Of a stretch of DNA of 49,252 nt, positions 10,735 to 20,362 are shown piece by piece. A program made the translations under genes and the position numbers. The notes under the pieces were generated by a model. That model did no database searches, was not told the origin of the DNA, and worked only from the letters and a program-made list of their open reading frames with translations. Origin of the DNA: a virus (taxonomy: Duplodnaviria; Caudoviricetes); the IMG/VR virus record IMGVR_UViG_3300020414_002994, positions 1 to 49,252 of that record; one strand, written 5' to 3'. Every line of letters begins with the position of its first letter. Positions within the stretch are counted from its first letter, which is position 1.

Positions 10735-11892
10735 TTGTCTAAAAACAGAGTATTAAATAAGAAAGTAAGTGAAGTTAAAAAAGTTGATAAATACAAGATC
10801 GTTGATAGAGAAGACAACATTAGGGAAATTGTATTTCCCCACACAGTCAGGGTGGGTTTAACAAACAATATATTTAGTGCAAAAATTCTAGGATCAATTC
10901 AAAAATTGTCAGATGGCAGTACAGACTTCATACAAGCTGGTTCTAACGTAACTGTCACTAACAATGACGACGGATCAATCACAATTGCAGCTTCAGGCGG
11001 AGGTGGTGGCGGAGGCATGACTAGTTTCACCGTTAGAGACCCGTCTGGAAACACTAGTACAATTACTAATGCTGATACGCTAAACTTTGTCAACACGTCT
11101 AATGAGACAACAGTCGCTGTGAGCGGAGATTACGTAACAATTGGTTTGGCAGCAACCTCAGTCTCAGCAGGATCTTATACAAATGCAGACATTACTGTAG
11201 ATGCTAATGGTAGAATTACTGCTGCGTCAAATGGATCAGGAGGAGGTATAACAGTTCAGGATGAAGGTTCATCTTTATCAACTTCGGCGACAGCTTTAAA
11301 CTTTGTCGGTACTGGTATTGCTGCGTCAGGCACCGGCGCTACAAAAACAATAACTGTCAATAAGGCAACTGTCACTAACCATACACAACCTTTCTGGCTT
11401 AACGCTTTACCCACAGGAGATCCTACCCCTGTTTTTCACGGGCGGTGGTATGACGGTAATTTAGGTCAATTTGACCCTGAGCAAACTGCTGCAAACTATG
11501 TTTGGAAATACTTTCCTTACGGTGGTGAATTTAAAAAAGTTTATGGTGTAGGCGATGGCGTAGGTAATGCTTCAACAAGTAATCCGTTTACACAGAACGC
11601 TGTCTTTGCTATTCATAAGTGGTCAAATGATTTTATTACAGGTTTGTCTGGTAATGCTGCCGTCCGCCCAGCTATTTTTCACGTAACGGCTTCTCCCGGT
11701 CATACTTACGCAGAAGAATCCGGGACTTATTACCATCGTTCAACTTATAACTTTAATTTAGGGGGCGGAACCGGAAGCCCGACAATTAGTAGTGGCGATT
11801 TAATCTGTATAACATTTAAAGGTGAAGGTACACAAAGAGATGGTTTCCAAAGAGCTAGTTTTTTTGTTGAATGGGAAGAGAATATTAGTTAA
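10735..11892 (+). CDS. Short tail-fibre / appendage-like protein, 385 aa
   Basis: TTG start with AGGAG 5 nt upstream. Fibre-type segments 'AGSYTNADITVDANGRITAASNG' and 'ITVQDEGSSL...LNFVG', poly-Gly hinges, and a distinct C-terminal aromatic-rich domain. Confidence 0.65.
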   Translation: MSKNRVLNKKVSEVKKVDKYKIVDREDNIREIVFPHTVRVGLTNNIFSAKILGSIQKLSDGSTDFIQAGSNVTVTNNDDGSITIAASGGGGGGGMTSFTVRDPSGNTSTITNADTLNFVNTSNETTVAVSGDYVTIGLAATSVSAGSYTNADITVDANGRITAASNGSGGGITVQDEGSSLSTSATALNFVGTGIAASGTGATKTITVNKATVTNHTQPFWLNALPTGDPTPVFHGRWYDGNLGQFDPEQTAANYVWKYFPYGGEFKKVYGVGDGVGNASTSNPFTQNAVFAIHKWSNDFITGLSGNAAVRPAIFHVTASPGHTYAEESGTYYHRSTYNFNLGGGTGSPTISSGDLICITFKGEGTQRDGFQRASFFVEWEENIS

Positions 11893-11908
11893 CAGGATAT
11901 ATAATAAT

Positions 11909-12976
11909 ATGGGCATTTTAGATAAAAAGACAAGATTTATTGATTTAGTAGTCACTCAGGAAGGAAAGCGTCAGATAGCAGAGGGTAAACTAAGAGCAGA
12001 ATTTGCTTCACTCTCAGACTGTAATACTTACTATAAGAAGGGCGAAGAAGAAGAATATAGTTCTAGAATATATTTTGAGGTTATGGAGCGCCCAGAAAAT
12101 TCAATTGTTTTAGAGAAAGATGATAGTGGTCAAATTATAAATCTACATATGTCCCCAACAGGATCGATTGTTGGCAATAATATTTTTGAAAAAGATCAAT
12201 CAAAAGCACTTAGGTTGTCTTTAGGGGTTGCAACCGGTAGCGACTTTGACATCAGAATGAAAAGCGTTTTAGACACTTCGCTTAGACATTTTAAGCAAAA
12301 TTATTTTATAGGGACTTATGACAATCTAGGGAATCACAAATTCGAGTTGGATAAAAATAGAATTGAGTTTGTGATAAATAATTCTCAACCATTTGGCGGC
12401 AGCCCTTACAAGGAAATAATTAACGTTAATGATGCTGAACCTTTCTTTTTAGACGCAAAATTAGCGCATCTACCTAATTTTCAATTTTTACCCCCAGTAA
12501 ACCAAAAAAACAATCAACAGATAGGCACCTATAAAGATATTAGAAGTACAAATAGAGAAACGTGGGAAGACATAAACGTTCTACTTAAGTCAAATCAAAT
12601 AGATGAAAAACCAGGAAGTCTAGGTGAAAATAATTTAATATCAAAAAATAGAAAAGATGTCGAGTATAAGAGCGAAAAGCTTTTTAGAAGAACCAAGGCA
12701 GGTAATAAACTTCCTGTTGTAGAAACATACCCGAGACAAGTAGAAACAATAAAGTTTCCTAAAACGTCGAACGACAATAACATAATATTACAAGTATACG
12801 AAGACAACATTGGTCCTGAGATGAATAAGCTCGATGTGATCGATGCTGGTGTTTTTTATGACTATGAGGACTACATGGGTAGACACGAAAAGAGAGTCTT
12901 TTATGTGGGCAAAGTTTATTACGATGATCTTAAGATGCCCACATTTGTTAATATTTTTACAATTGTGATGGATTAA
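11909..12976 (+). CDS. Putative baseplate/tail structural protein; N-terminus paralogous to 22443-23147
   Basis: Start moved from 11822 to ATG 11909. This removes the overlap with the upstream gene and gives 'MGILDKKTRFIDLVVTQEGKRQIA', which aligns with 'MGFLDHSTNNIIVDAVLTDAGRRALA'. Confidence 0.65.
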   Translation: MGILDKKTRFIDLVVTQEGKRQIAEGKLRAEFASLSDCNTYYKKGEEEEYSSRIYFEVMERPENSIVLEKDDSGQIINLHMSPTGSIVGNNIFEKDQSKALRLSLGVATGSDFDIRMKSVLDTSLRHFKQNYFIGTYDNLGNHKFELDKNRIEFVINNSQPFGGSPYKEIINVNDAEPFFLDAKLAHLPNFQFLPPVNQKNNQQIGTYKDIRSTNRETWEDINVLLKSNQIDEKPGSLGENNLISKNRKDVEYKSEKLFRRTKAGNKLPVVETYPRQVETIKFPKTSNDNNIILQVYEDNIGPEMNKLDVIDAGVFYDYEDYMGRHEKRVFYVGKVYYDDLKMPTFVNIFTIVMD

Positions 12977-12978
12977 AA

Positions 12979-15753
12979 ATGTACTTGAGAAACAATACAG
13001 CAAAAAGAAAAAAAATTTTAAAAATCGACGAGGATAATTTAACTCCGAGGCTTTTAAAATATGTTGAACACACGAATAGAGAGGGCGTTTCTGACGTCAT
13101 GCTTGACTTAAAACTATACTGTAAAGTTGATGCATCAGCTAGATCAGATAATAAATCAAATTTAAGTGCTAGTCAAATTGCTGAAAAAATAGACCTGCGC
13201 CTGTCTTCAAAAGGTATTAGTTATTACAGAAAATTAGGTGCGCTTTCTAAAAAATCTGATTTTGTAAGGGAACAAAAACAAAAACAAACATTGCCCTTCA
13301 GTTCAGCTAAGAATAGAACTAGCAATACCCAACCTGTGGGTCAGCCAGGTGTCTTAAGTTCAAACATTAATCAAGCTACCGGTCCCATTCCTGTAGCAAC
13401 CCAGTTAAATTTTAGTCAAGTCAATTCTGTTGTCGACAATTATGTCCAGTTTAAACAAAAAAATACTGCTCAAATACTAAAAGACAGTCGTTATGTGGGC
13501 TTTGTCGACTTTTCTAACAATCTAGAAGATGGAAAATTACAGAAAAAATTAATTATTAGTCATGACGATAGAGAAATAGAACAAAATACTAGCACTAGAC
13601 ATGTCTTAGCAAAAAATTCTTTTAAAAATATATACAATCGCTTAATTGAGGGAGGAATCGATCCTGCTTTTTTATTTGAAGACGACTTTGGAAAAAAGTC
13701 TTACCTTGAGCAAGTAAAAGGACTGACTGGTAAAATTAAAGCACGCGGTAAAAAAGATAAGTTTTTAATCAACGCTGTACCCTTAATAGATAGTATTAGT
13801 TCTCAGATTGGGAATGACAATTCTAACTTAAGAATTGAAACAATTGTTGATGACAACAATAAAACAATATTAAGCTTAAATATTAAAATAAGTCTAAGCA
13901 AACTTCAAGCAATCGGTGAAAAAATTTATGTTTTAATGTTTTGCAAAAGTAAAGATGGTGTTTATTTAGAATCAAATGATTACTTCTTTAGAGTGCAAGA
14001 CATACTAGATCAGATAGAGTATAACGTTATTGATTATAACATTAAAAGCACAAGATTAAACACCGGTGTTTCTTTACTATCACTAAAAGGTAAAAACAAA
14101 TACGGTAAAGTAGATGTGAATGTGCTAGCAAAAAAAATTAAAAGATCTACACCTTTTGAGCTGACAACTTACAAAAGCTATGAAAATGTTAAATTGTTAC
14201 CAAATCAAAGAAAAGTAGTAAGGGATGGAAGCGTTGACAATAGAAATAAACATACACCCCGTAATTTTAAACCGTCAGAAACAATATTTTATAGGACAAC
14301 GTTGAACTTTAATGATAAAAATTATCAAAATTTTAAATCTGCGTCTGATAAAGGGCGGTTTAAAGAAGAAAATGTACCATATTGCACAATCCATGCTAGA
14401 ACTAGTAAAGATGGTCAAAGTGTTCTAATTAGTTATGAAAACATATCTGAAAACATTGTGGGAATCAGACCTAGAAAATATCGTTTTTCTGGCAGTGTGA
14501 AGGGTGAAATGTTACCAATCTTTGCAAAAGTTGAAGCCGGCTTTCCTAAAAAATTAGAAGAATTTATAAATACAAGAGGAACTCTTTCTTCTTTTTCTAT
14601 AAATGATTATGATGTCTATAGAACTAAAAATTATATGTATGTTGCTGAATGCATGATGAAAAATGGCGAAACTAAATTAGCAGCTGCATATTTCATTCAC
14701 AATTTCAAAGAAAGGGATGGATCAGTTTTAATCGATAACATAAAGATAAATTCATCAAAACCCATCATTGATAGTTCAGAATTTGACTTTAACGATAGAA
14801 GAAATATTAAAAGAACAGTAACGCTCGAGTTTAAAATACGAAAAATTGAAAATGAGATAGACAAAATTCTCCAAAATCTTTTTGGAGATCTGTTTGAAAT
14901 TTTTAAAGAAGACTTGCAAAAAATAAAAGATCTGCAGGGGTTAGTATATTCAGTCGAAATAATTAGAATCAATAAGTCTACAGGTGAAAATGAAACTATT
15001 GGTAAGGTAACTGCAGATAAAGATGGTGATTGTCTATTTAGAGACATGAATAATCCTGCCCTTGCTGATGTAACTTATGTTTTATCGCCAAGGGTATCAC
15101 CTGCAAAATCTTTAATTAGCAATGTCAATGAAACTATATCAAAAATGGGAAAAAAGACAATATTTCAAAATCTTAATTACGTCACTGCCAACAATGTTAA
15201 AAATTACAATGATCGTGATAATCTAATCTGGTCAGCTGTTGGAAATAAGTTTGGAAGAAGAAATGTCTTTTTGAAGAGTCTAATTGAACGACCAGGTTTT
15301 ATTTTAGATAAAAATAATTTCGATGTATTTTTAAACACTGAAACTGGAGACATTGAGTATGTTGACTTGGATGATGCTGTCGTAACAACAAATAAAAAAA
15401 TAATTATAGCAAATGACAGTATTAGTGAAATACCATTTGTGTCTGAAAGGTCTTTGATTAATTCTAGAAAGAATACAATCCAAAAAAGGTACTTTGATTT
15501 AAGCTTCACAGTGATGAACGATTTCTTTGTTGATTTTTACGCAATATTTATAAAAGAAGTTAACAATGTATACTTAGATGGAGTAATGCACAGTAAAGAC
15601 TCTTTAAGTAGGGACAACATGTATTCTTATCTTGTTGAACACAACGGAAGCTTTGGTCAAATTGAATATTACGCGGTGCCTTTCTTTAAGGATGGAACAA
15701 TTTCTGCGCCAATACTAGTAACTGCGCAAATAATCAATTCAGAAATTAGTTAA
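12979..15753 (+). CDS. Large hypothetical protein, 924 aa (possible Ig/FN3-like beta-sandwiches)
   Basis: Long ORF 2 nt after the upstream stop. Alternating beta-strand patterns in the C-terminal half. Function not recognised. Confidence 0.6.
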   Translation: MYLRNNTAKRKKILKIDEDNLTPRLLKYVEHTNREGVSDVMLDLKLYCKVDASARSDNKSNLSASQIAEKIDLRLSSKGISYYRKLGALSKKSDFVREQKQKQTLPFSSAKNRTSNTQPVGQPGVLSSNINQATGPIPVATQLNFSQVNSVVDNYVQFKQKNTAQILKDSRYVGFVDFSNNLEDGKLQKKLIISHDDREIEQNTSTRHVLAKNSFKNIYNRLIEGGIDPAFLFEDDFGKKSYLEQVKGLTGKIKARGKKDKFLINAVPLIDSISSQIGNDNSNLRIETIVDDNNKTILSLNIKISLSKLQAIGEKIYVLMFCKSKDGVYLESNDYFFRVQDILDQIEYNVIDYNIKSTRLNTGVSLLSLKGKNKYGKVDVNVLAKKIKRSTPFELTTYKSYENVKLLPNQRKVVRDGSVDNRNKHTPRNFKPSETIFYRTTLNFNDKNYQNFKSASDKGRFKEENVPYCTIHARTSKDGQSVLISYENISENIVGIRPRKYRFSGSVKGEMLPIFAKVEAGFPKKLEEFINTRGTLSSFSINDYDVYRTKNYMYVAECMMKNGETKLAAAYFIHNFKERDGSVLIDNIKINSSKPIIDSSEFDFNDRRNIKRTVTLEFKIRKIENEIDKILQNLFGDLFEIFKEDLQKIKDLQGLVYSVEIIRINKSTGENETIGKVTADKDGDCLFRDMNNPALADVTYVLSPRVSPAKSLISNVNETISKMGKKTIFQNLNYVTANNVKNYNDRDNLIWSAVGNKFGRRNVFLKSLIERPGFILDKNNFDVFLNTETGDIEYVDLDDAVVTTNKKIIIANDSISEIPFVSERSLINSRKNTIQKRYFDLSFTVMNDFFVDFYAIFIKEVNNVYLDGVMHSKDSLSRDNMYSYLVEHNGSFGQIEYYAVPFFKDGTISAPILVTAQIINSEIS

Positions 15754-15765
15754 TAAGAGAAAAAA

Positions 15766-18700
15766 ATGTCAAGTAATCGTAATATTAATTTATCAACCAG
15801 ATCAACTCCTTTTAATTTTCCTGGAGCAGCTGGTGCCTTAATCAACAGCTTAAGAAATGACCAAAGTCAATCCGGGCTCAATTCAGGTGTTTCAGAGTCT
15901 GCACAGGAAGCTTTTACTACGCCGGGTAATACAAAAAAGTATATAAGGCTTCAGAGTAAAGGTCTCAATAATCTTAGGTCTGAGATTATTGCTATAAGTG
16001 AATTTATTCCTGTGACAACGGGAAACAAAGACGAAGAAACAGCAAAAATTACAAAAGAGATAGGCGGTTCTACATTAACTGTGACGAACGTGGCAAGACT
16101 AATTGAGCTGCACAGACAACTTAGAGAATATACTTTAACAGCTGCTGATTTAATATTTAAAAAAATATATCCAGATCTGCACACAGAAGGTTTTCTAACA
16201 TGGTTGAAGAATGGAGTATTTGTTGTATTTGACAGACTGGCAGCCGGAAACATTAATGATACAATTAATAATGTCATTGATTACTTTTTAAATGAAGATG
16301 GATCATCAACGTCAAAAAAGGAATATAGAGATATCATAGAAAGCAATAAGACCAACACTTTCTTTTTAGCACTCATTGAATATTTTATATACAGTAAACT
16401 AGTAACAACAATTATTGATTTTGCTGCGCGCCTGGCAACAATTGATAAAGAATTAGGAAAATACTGGGAAGTCCCAAGTTTTGGCAAGCTAAAAGAGTAT
16501 AGTCCTGACACTGCATTTGAATTTGGAAGCGCAAAACTTAACGATCTTTTTGATGTTGTTGAGGAAACAAAACTTAACGACGCTGATATATCAAAATCTT
16601 TATTAGGTTACTCTAGAACGCCCGATAATTCAGCCACAGATTCTTTTATGGCAGCAGTTGGACAGCTACTCAATGTTTTAACTTTTAGGGACTCTGCATC
16701 TGTCTTAGAAACTTTAAAAAATGCAAATGATGGAAAGCTAGAAATATCTCCTGGTACAATTAGAATAGGCGTTGAAGCTGACTTGGCCAACATGATAGCT
16801 AAGTTAAAAAATATCTCCCTGACCGGTTTTATAACTAATTTAGGAAACAACACTGAACAAGAAAGAACAGGTATTCTAGCAGGTGCATATAATCCGGACG
16901 AACAGCTAACTGGTGATAATTTTTATGAAATATTTAAACACACAAAAAAAGCAAACGGTGATAGAATAGAAAGCGTCTCAGAGGGTGCTAAAGAACTTTT
17001 GGCTGCCTTGAGCTATGATATTGTTAGTTTTTATATTTCTAGGATTGGAGGAGTCTTAGAGGGAGTTCTAGAAAATACATCAGAACAAATAACACAACTT
17101 GACTTAGGTTACTCTATATCAGATTCTTTGCATAAGTATCAAGACAATGGTTATGTCCGCTATAGTCCTGAAACTGCGGATTTAGGAACAAATGTTTATT
17201 TTGATTATTTTGAAAAAAACTTTGGAATATCTAGAAGTTTACTAGATATATCTGATTTCGCAGGAAATGCAGTCCCAATCAATATTGAAACAGCTGGAGA
17301 AATTTTACCTTCACTAGTGCTACCTAATACTGTTTCTAATAGTGAAGGTTTTGGTAATTTTACGCGTTTGACTGCAGGCTATAGAAAAGGTCAATTTGAA
17401 AAATTAAATGTTGATACAAACATTACAGAGATTCAAAACGTCAACTATACTCCACTAGAAAATAACGAAGCACGTGCTAGGAATGTCATCACGTCTGATG
17501 ATACGTCAGGTGCTATTAATGGTGTTGAGTATTTTATTCAAAGTAAGGTTGACAGTATCGATGTTAGTGAAAATAGAATTGTTGGTATCGAGTCTAACGA
17601 GTTAGTTGATTTTTCTAACGAATACAAGGGATTTAGTAATAATCTTGCAGAAGACATTTTAACATTATATCCTGATAATGATATTGCAAGATTCTATCAA
17701 GAAGAATACGCGCCTTCTGGTCCTGGAAGCCACAAATTGACACCTCTAGGGCGCGTAAGCGCCACAAATATAATGAGTTCAATTTTTAAAGGTCTTGAGA
17801 ATGACCTACAATCTGTGATTGATAACGGTGTAGACGATAATTCAACTTTAATACCTCTACTAGCTGTATTATTAAACGATCACGGGTCTAATAATAAAAA
17901 TATGAATGTATTCTTAAGTTCAGCATGGGGTGTTATCGGTCAAGGGTCAGACACTTCTAGCTCGGAAGATAGAAGCAAAACAATAGGTTCATTCATAGAA
18001 TATTATACAGAGAGATCAGTAGAGACTTTTTTTAAAACTCTAGGATTAACGCCGAGAGAAGCCGGCAGTGATGCAAAAAGAACATTTGCAGGAGGTTCTG
18101 AAGTTGAATATAGATTACTACTGGGTGATAAAACTGCAGGAACAGGTAACTTATTTCACAGTGAAGACATAAAAGGTAAATTTAATGGCGGTAAGAATGT
18201 TAACAAAATATCAGACAATAATAACAAAGATGGCGAGATAATTGATTTAATCATGAACGCCAAAAAAGTAGATAATGTCTTTGACAAAGCTTTCGGCGGA
18301 GGAACCGGCAACAACTTAAGTAAAGTAGTAAGCGGTAACGAAATTAATTCTAACTATGGTATGTCTAGACTTTTTAAAGAGACTTACAAGTCTGCTAATA
18401 ACAGAAACGATGAAATCACAGATTATTTAAAAACTGCAACAACTACTGGCGGTGTTGTACCGTCTAAATTGATGAATAGCTTTTCTTACAAATATGTTCA
18501 AGGAGGCAGACTTAAGTCAAAAGGCAGGAGTTATTATGATCAAGGCGGTCAGGGTATGGCACCCACAGAACTAGGACAAGCTACAAACCCCAACACAAAT
18601 AACGGTGAGTTGATAAATTTTAGCGGCCATCACGCACATTTAATTGCATATCACTGGTCTAGAACACTTCTGAAAAAGACTTTACAAATATTAGCCAAGA

Positions 18701-20349
18701 CAAATAGTGATGGTCAGTTAACTCTAAGAATATATGCGGACCAGATTAAAGGTACAATAGACGGTTTACGAAGAGCAAGACGGTCACCTCTAGTATATTC
18801 TGATACAATTTCTGAGAGTTACAAAAAAGCATACAACATCGCTCACAACTACGGTGAAGACACGCTTCAAAAGATTAAAGTAAGAGAACAATTTATTAGA
18901 GATCTATCAGTAATTTTTTCAGCCCATAGTGACGGTTTGAAATTTGCAGCAGATAAAGTTAATAATGTATTGGCAGGTAAAAATGCAGATGGTACTTTAT
19001 CACCTGAGAACGAATTGGCAATGAGTGTTTTGAGATCAAATGGGGTTTTTGGCGATTTTGTCACACTTAATAGTGAGTACTCAGCTGGGGAAATTGAAAG
19101 AGCTAAGTCTTCTTTATTTACAATCAAAGAAGATTCAACCCTGATGAAAAGCGAAAAATATTTACTTACCAAAACTAATTTGATGCAAAAAGTTTTGTCA
19201 GAGGAGGGTTATGGTTTTTTGCAAAATGAAACCTTTGGCAATAAGTCTATAATAAATGTAGGGATTACAAATTCAATGTTGTCAACAATGCAGAACATTG
19301 CTTTTAGAGAAACACAAGATACTAATTATTTAGATTCACCTTATGTCTGTATATCAGTGTTCAAGAAAGACCATTTTAATCCTAGCTTTAAATTTTATCC
19401 TAAGAATTACATATTTGACACATCAGCTAACATTCTTGATTATAATGACAGCCGTTCCGGATATACACGCCCGGGATTCAGTGATCAGAATCTAAGTAAT
19501 CATTTAAAAAACTATGTCGAGACTGAAAACATGGAAAATCTTTTGAGATCATTAGAAATAACACGTTACGTCTTAAATGACAGTGGAAAGTTAACCAAGA
19601 TAGTTAAAAAGGGATACAAGAGCAATTCAGGAAGTACAGGTGACGGTGTTGCCTCTAAAGATATATTAATTAATCACTTACATGATTATGTACTTAAGGC
19701 CTACTTAAAACTAACAACGGGTGTGGATATTAATGAAAATAATTTTCTTCTTAAAGCCGACCCTGTCGATTATCAAAAAATAAAGTCGACTAATTATCTA
19801 GGTGACGATTTAATTAAAACTTACGAAGAGGTCTTAGGTGAAGTCAAGAAAATTTATCCTAGGATTGATACTGACGACAGTTTGAGGAGCGAAGTTTTTA
19901 GACTAGTATCCATTATTAAGCAGTCCGCACCTTTTTCTTTTGTGAACCGCTTTAATCAGATAATCACACCAAATAGTTTTGATAAAGTATATTCAATCTT
20001 TGTTAATGAAAAAGATTTTGTTCTTGAATCTCCGGTTGTTAATGAAAGTAGCTTCTTTAAATCGAAGCCTCATTTTGGAATAAACGCAAAGCTCTCAAAA
20101 CCCCACGTTGATGAAAGGTATGTGACTCCTGAAAATAAAAACTACGTCAGGTCTTTAGAGGCGAATTGTCCTGAAGTATATAATTATTATGTGAAAGTAT
20201 CTTTATTACCCGCAGGGTTTATTCCGGGGGCAGATATTGAAAAAACGCCAAATCAATCACCCACAGGAGTCACACCCGGAGGAGTGTATGCTGATAAGCA
20301 ATTTTCATCTTCATCAGCAAAAATATCAACCGGTTACAAACTATTTTAG
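15766..20349 (+). CDS. Very large hypothetical protein, 1527 aa
   Basis: Uninterrupted 4.6 kb ORF in the structural block. No catalytic motif recognised. Confidence 0.7.
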   Translation: MSSNRNINLSTRSTPFNFPGAAGALINSLRNDQSQSGLNSGVSESAQEAFTTPGNTKKYIRLQSKGLNNLRSEIIAISEFIPVTTGNKDEETAKITKEIGGSTLTVTNVARLIELHRQLREYTLTAADLIFKKIYPDLHTEGFLTWLKNGVFVVFDRLAAGNINDTINNVIDYFLNEDGSSTSKKEYRDIIESNKTNTFFLALIEYFIYSKLVTTIIDFAARLATIDKELGKYWEVPSFGKLKEYSPDTAFEFGSAKLNDLFDVVEETKLNDADISKSLLGYSRTPDNSATDSFMAAVGQLLNVLTFRDSASVLETLKNANDGKLEISPGTIRIGVEADLANMIAKLKNISLTGFITNLGNNTEQERTGILAGAYNPDEQLTGDNFYEIFKHTKKANGDRIESVSEGAKELLAALSYDIVSFYISRIGGVLEGVLENTSEQITQLDLGYSISDSLHKYQDNGYVRYSPETADLGTNVYFDYFEKNFGISRSLLDISDFAGNAVPINIETAGEILPSLVLPNTVSNSEGFGNFTRLTAGYRKGQFEKLNVDTNITEIQNVNYTPLENNEARARNVITSDDTSGAINGVEYFIQSKVDSIDVSENRIVGIESNELVDFSNEYKGFSNNLAEDILTLYPDNDIARFYQEEYAPSGPGSHKLTPLGRVSATNIMSSIFKGLENDLQSVIDNGVDDNSTLIPLLAVLLNDHGSNNKNMNVFLSSAWGVIGQGSDTSSSEDRSKTIGSFIEYYTERSVETFFKTLGLTPREAGSDAKRTFAGGSEVEYRLLLGDKTAGTGNLFHSEDIKGKFNGGKNVNKISDNNNKDGEIIDLIMNAKKVDNVFDKAFGGGTGNNLSKVVSGNEINSNYGMSRLFKETYKSANNRNDEITDYLKTATTTGGVVPSKLMNSFSYKYVQGGRLKSKGRSYYDQGGQGMAPTELGQATNPNTNNGELINFSGHHAHLIAYHWSRTLLKKTLQILAKTNSDGQLTLRIYADQIKGTIDGLRRARRSPLVYSDTISESYKKAYNIAHNYGEDTLQKIKVREQFIRDLSVIFSAHSDGLKFAADKVNNVLAGKNADGTLSPENELAMSVLRSNGVFGDFVTLNSEYSAGEIERAKSSLFTIKEDSTLMKSEKYLLTKTNLMQKVLSEEGYGFLQNETFGNKSIINVGITNSMLSTMQNIAFRETQDTNYLDSPYVCISVFKKDHFNPSFKFYPKNYIFDTSANILDYNDSRSGYTRPGFSDQNLSNHLKNYVETENMENLLRSLEITRYVLNDSGKLTKIVKKGYKSNSGSTGDGVASKDILINHLHDYVLKAYLKLTTGVDINENNFLLKADPVDYQKIKSTNYLGDDLIKTYEEVLGEVKKIYPRIDTDDSLRSEVFRLVSIIKQSAPFSFVNRFNQIITPNSFDKVYSIFVNEKDFVLESPVVNESSFFKSKPHFGINAKLSKPHVDERYVTPENKNYVRSLEANCPEVYNYYVKVSLLPAGFIPGADIEKTPNQSPTGVTPGGVYADKQFSSSSAKISTGYKLF

Positions 20350-20362
20350 TTAGGAGTCTTAA

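Noticed and set aside
15766-20349. 1527-aa ORF as a tape-measure protein or virion RNA polymerase
   Set aside because: No periodic Ala/Gly-rich helical repeats typical of tape measures and no DxDGD polymerase motif were seen. Left as hypothetical.
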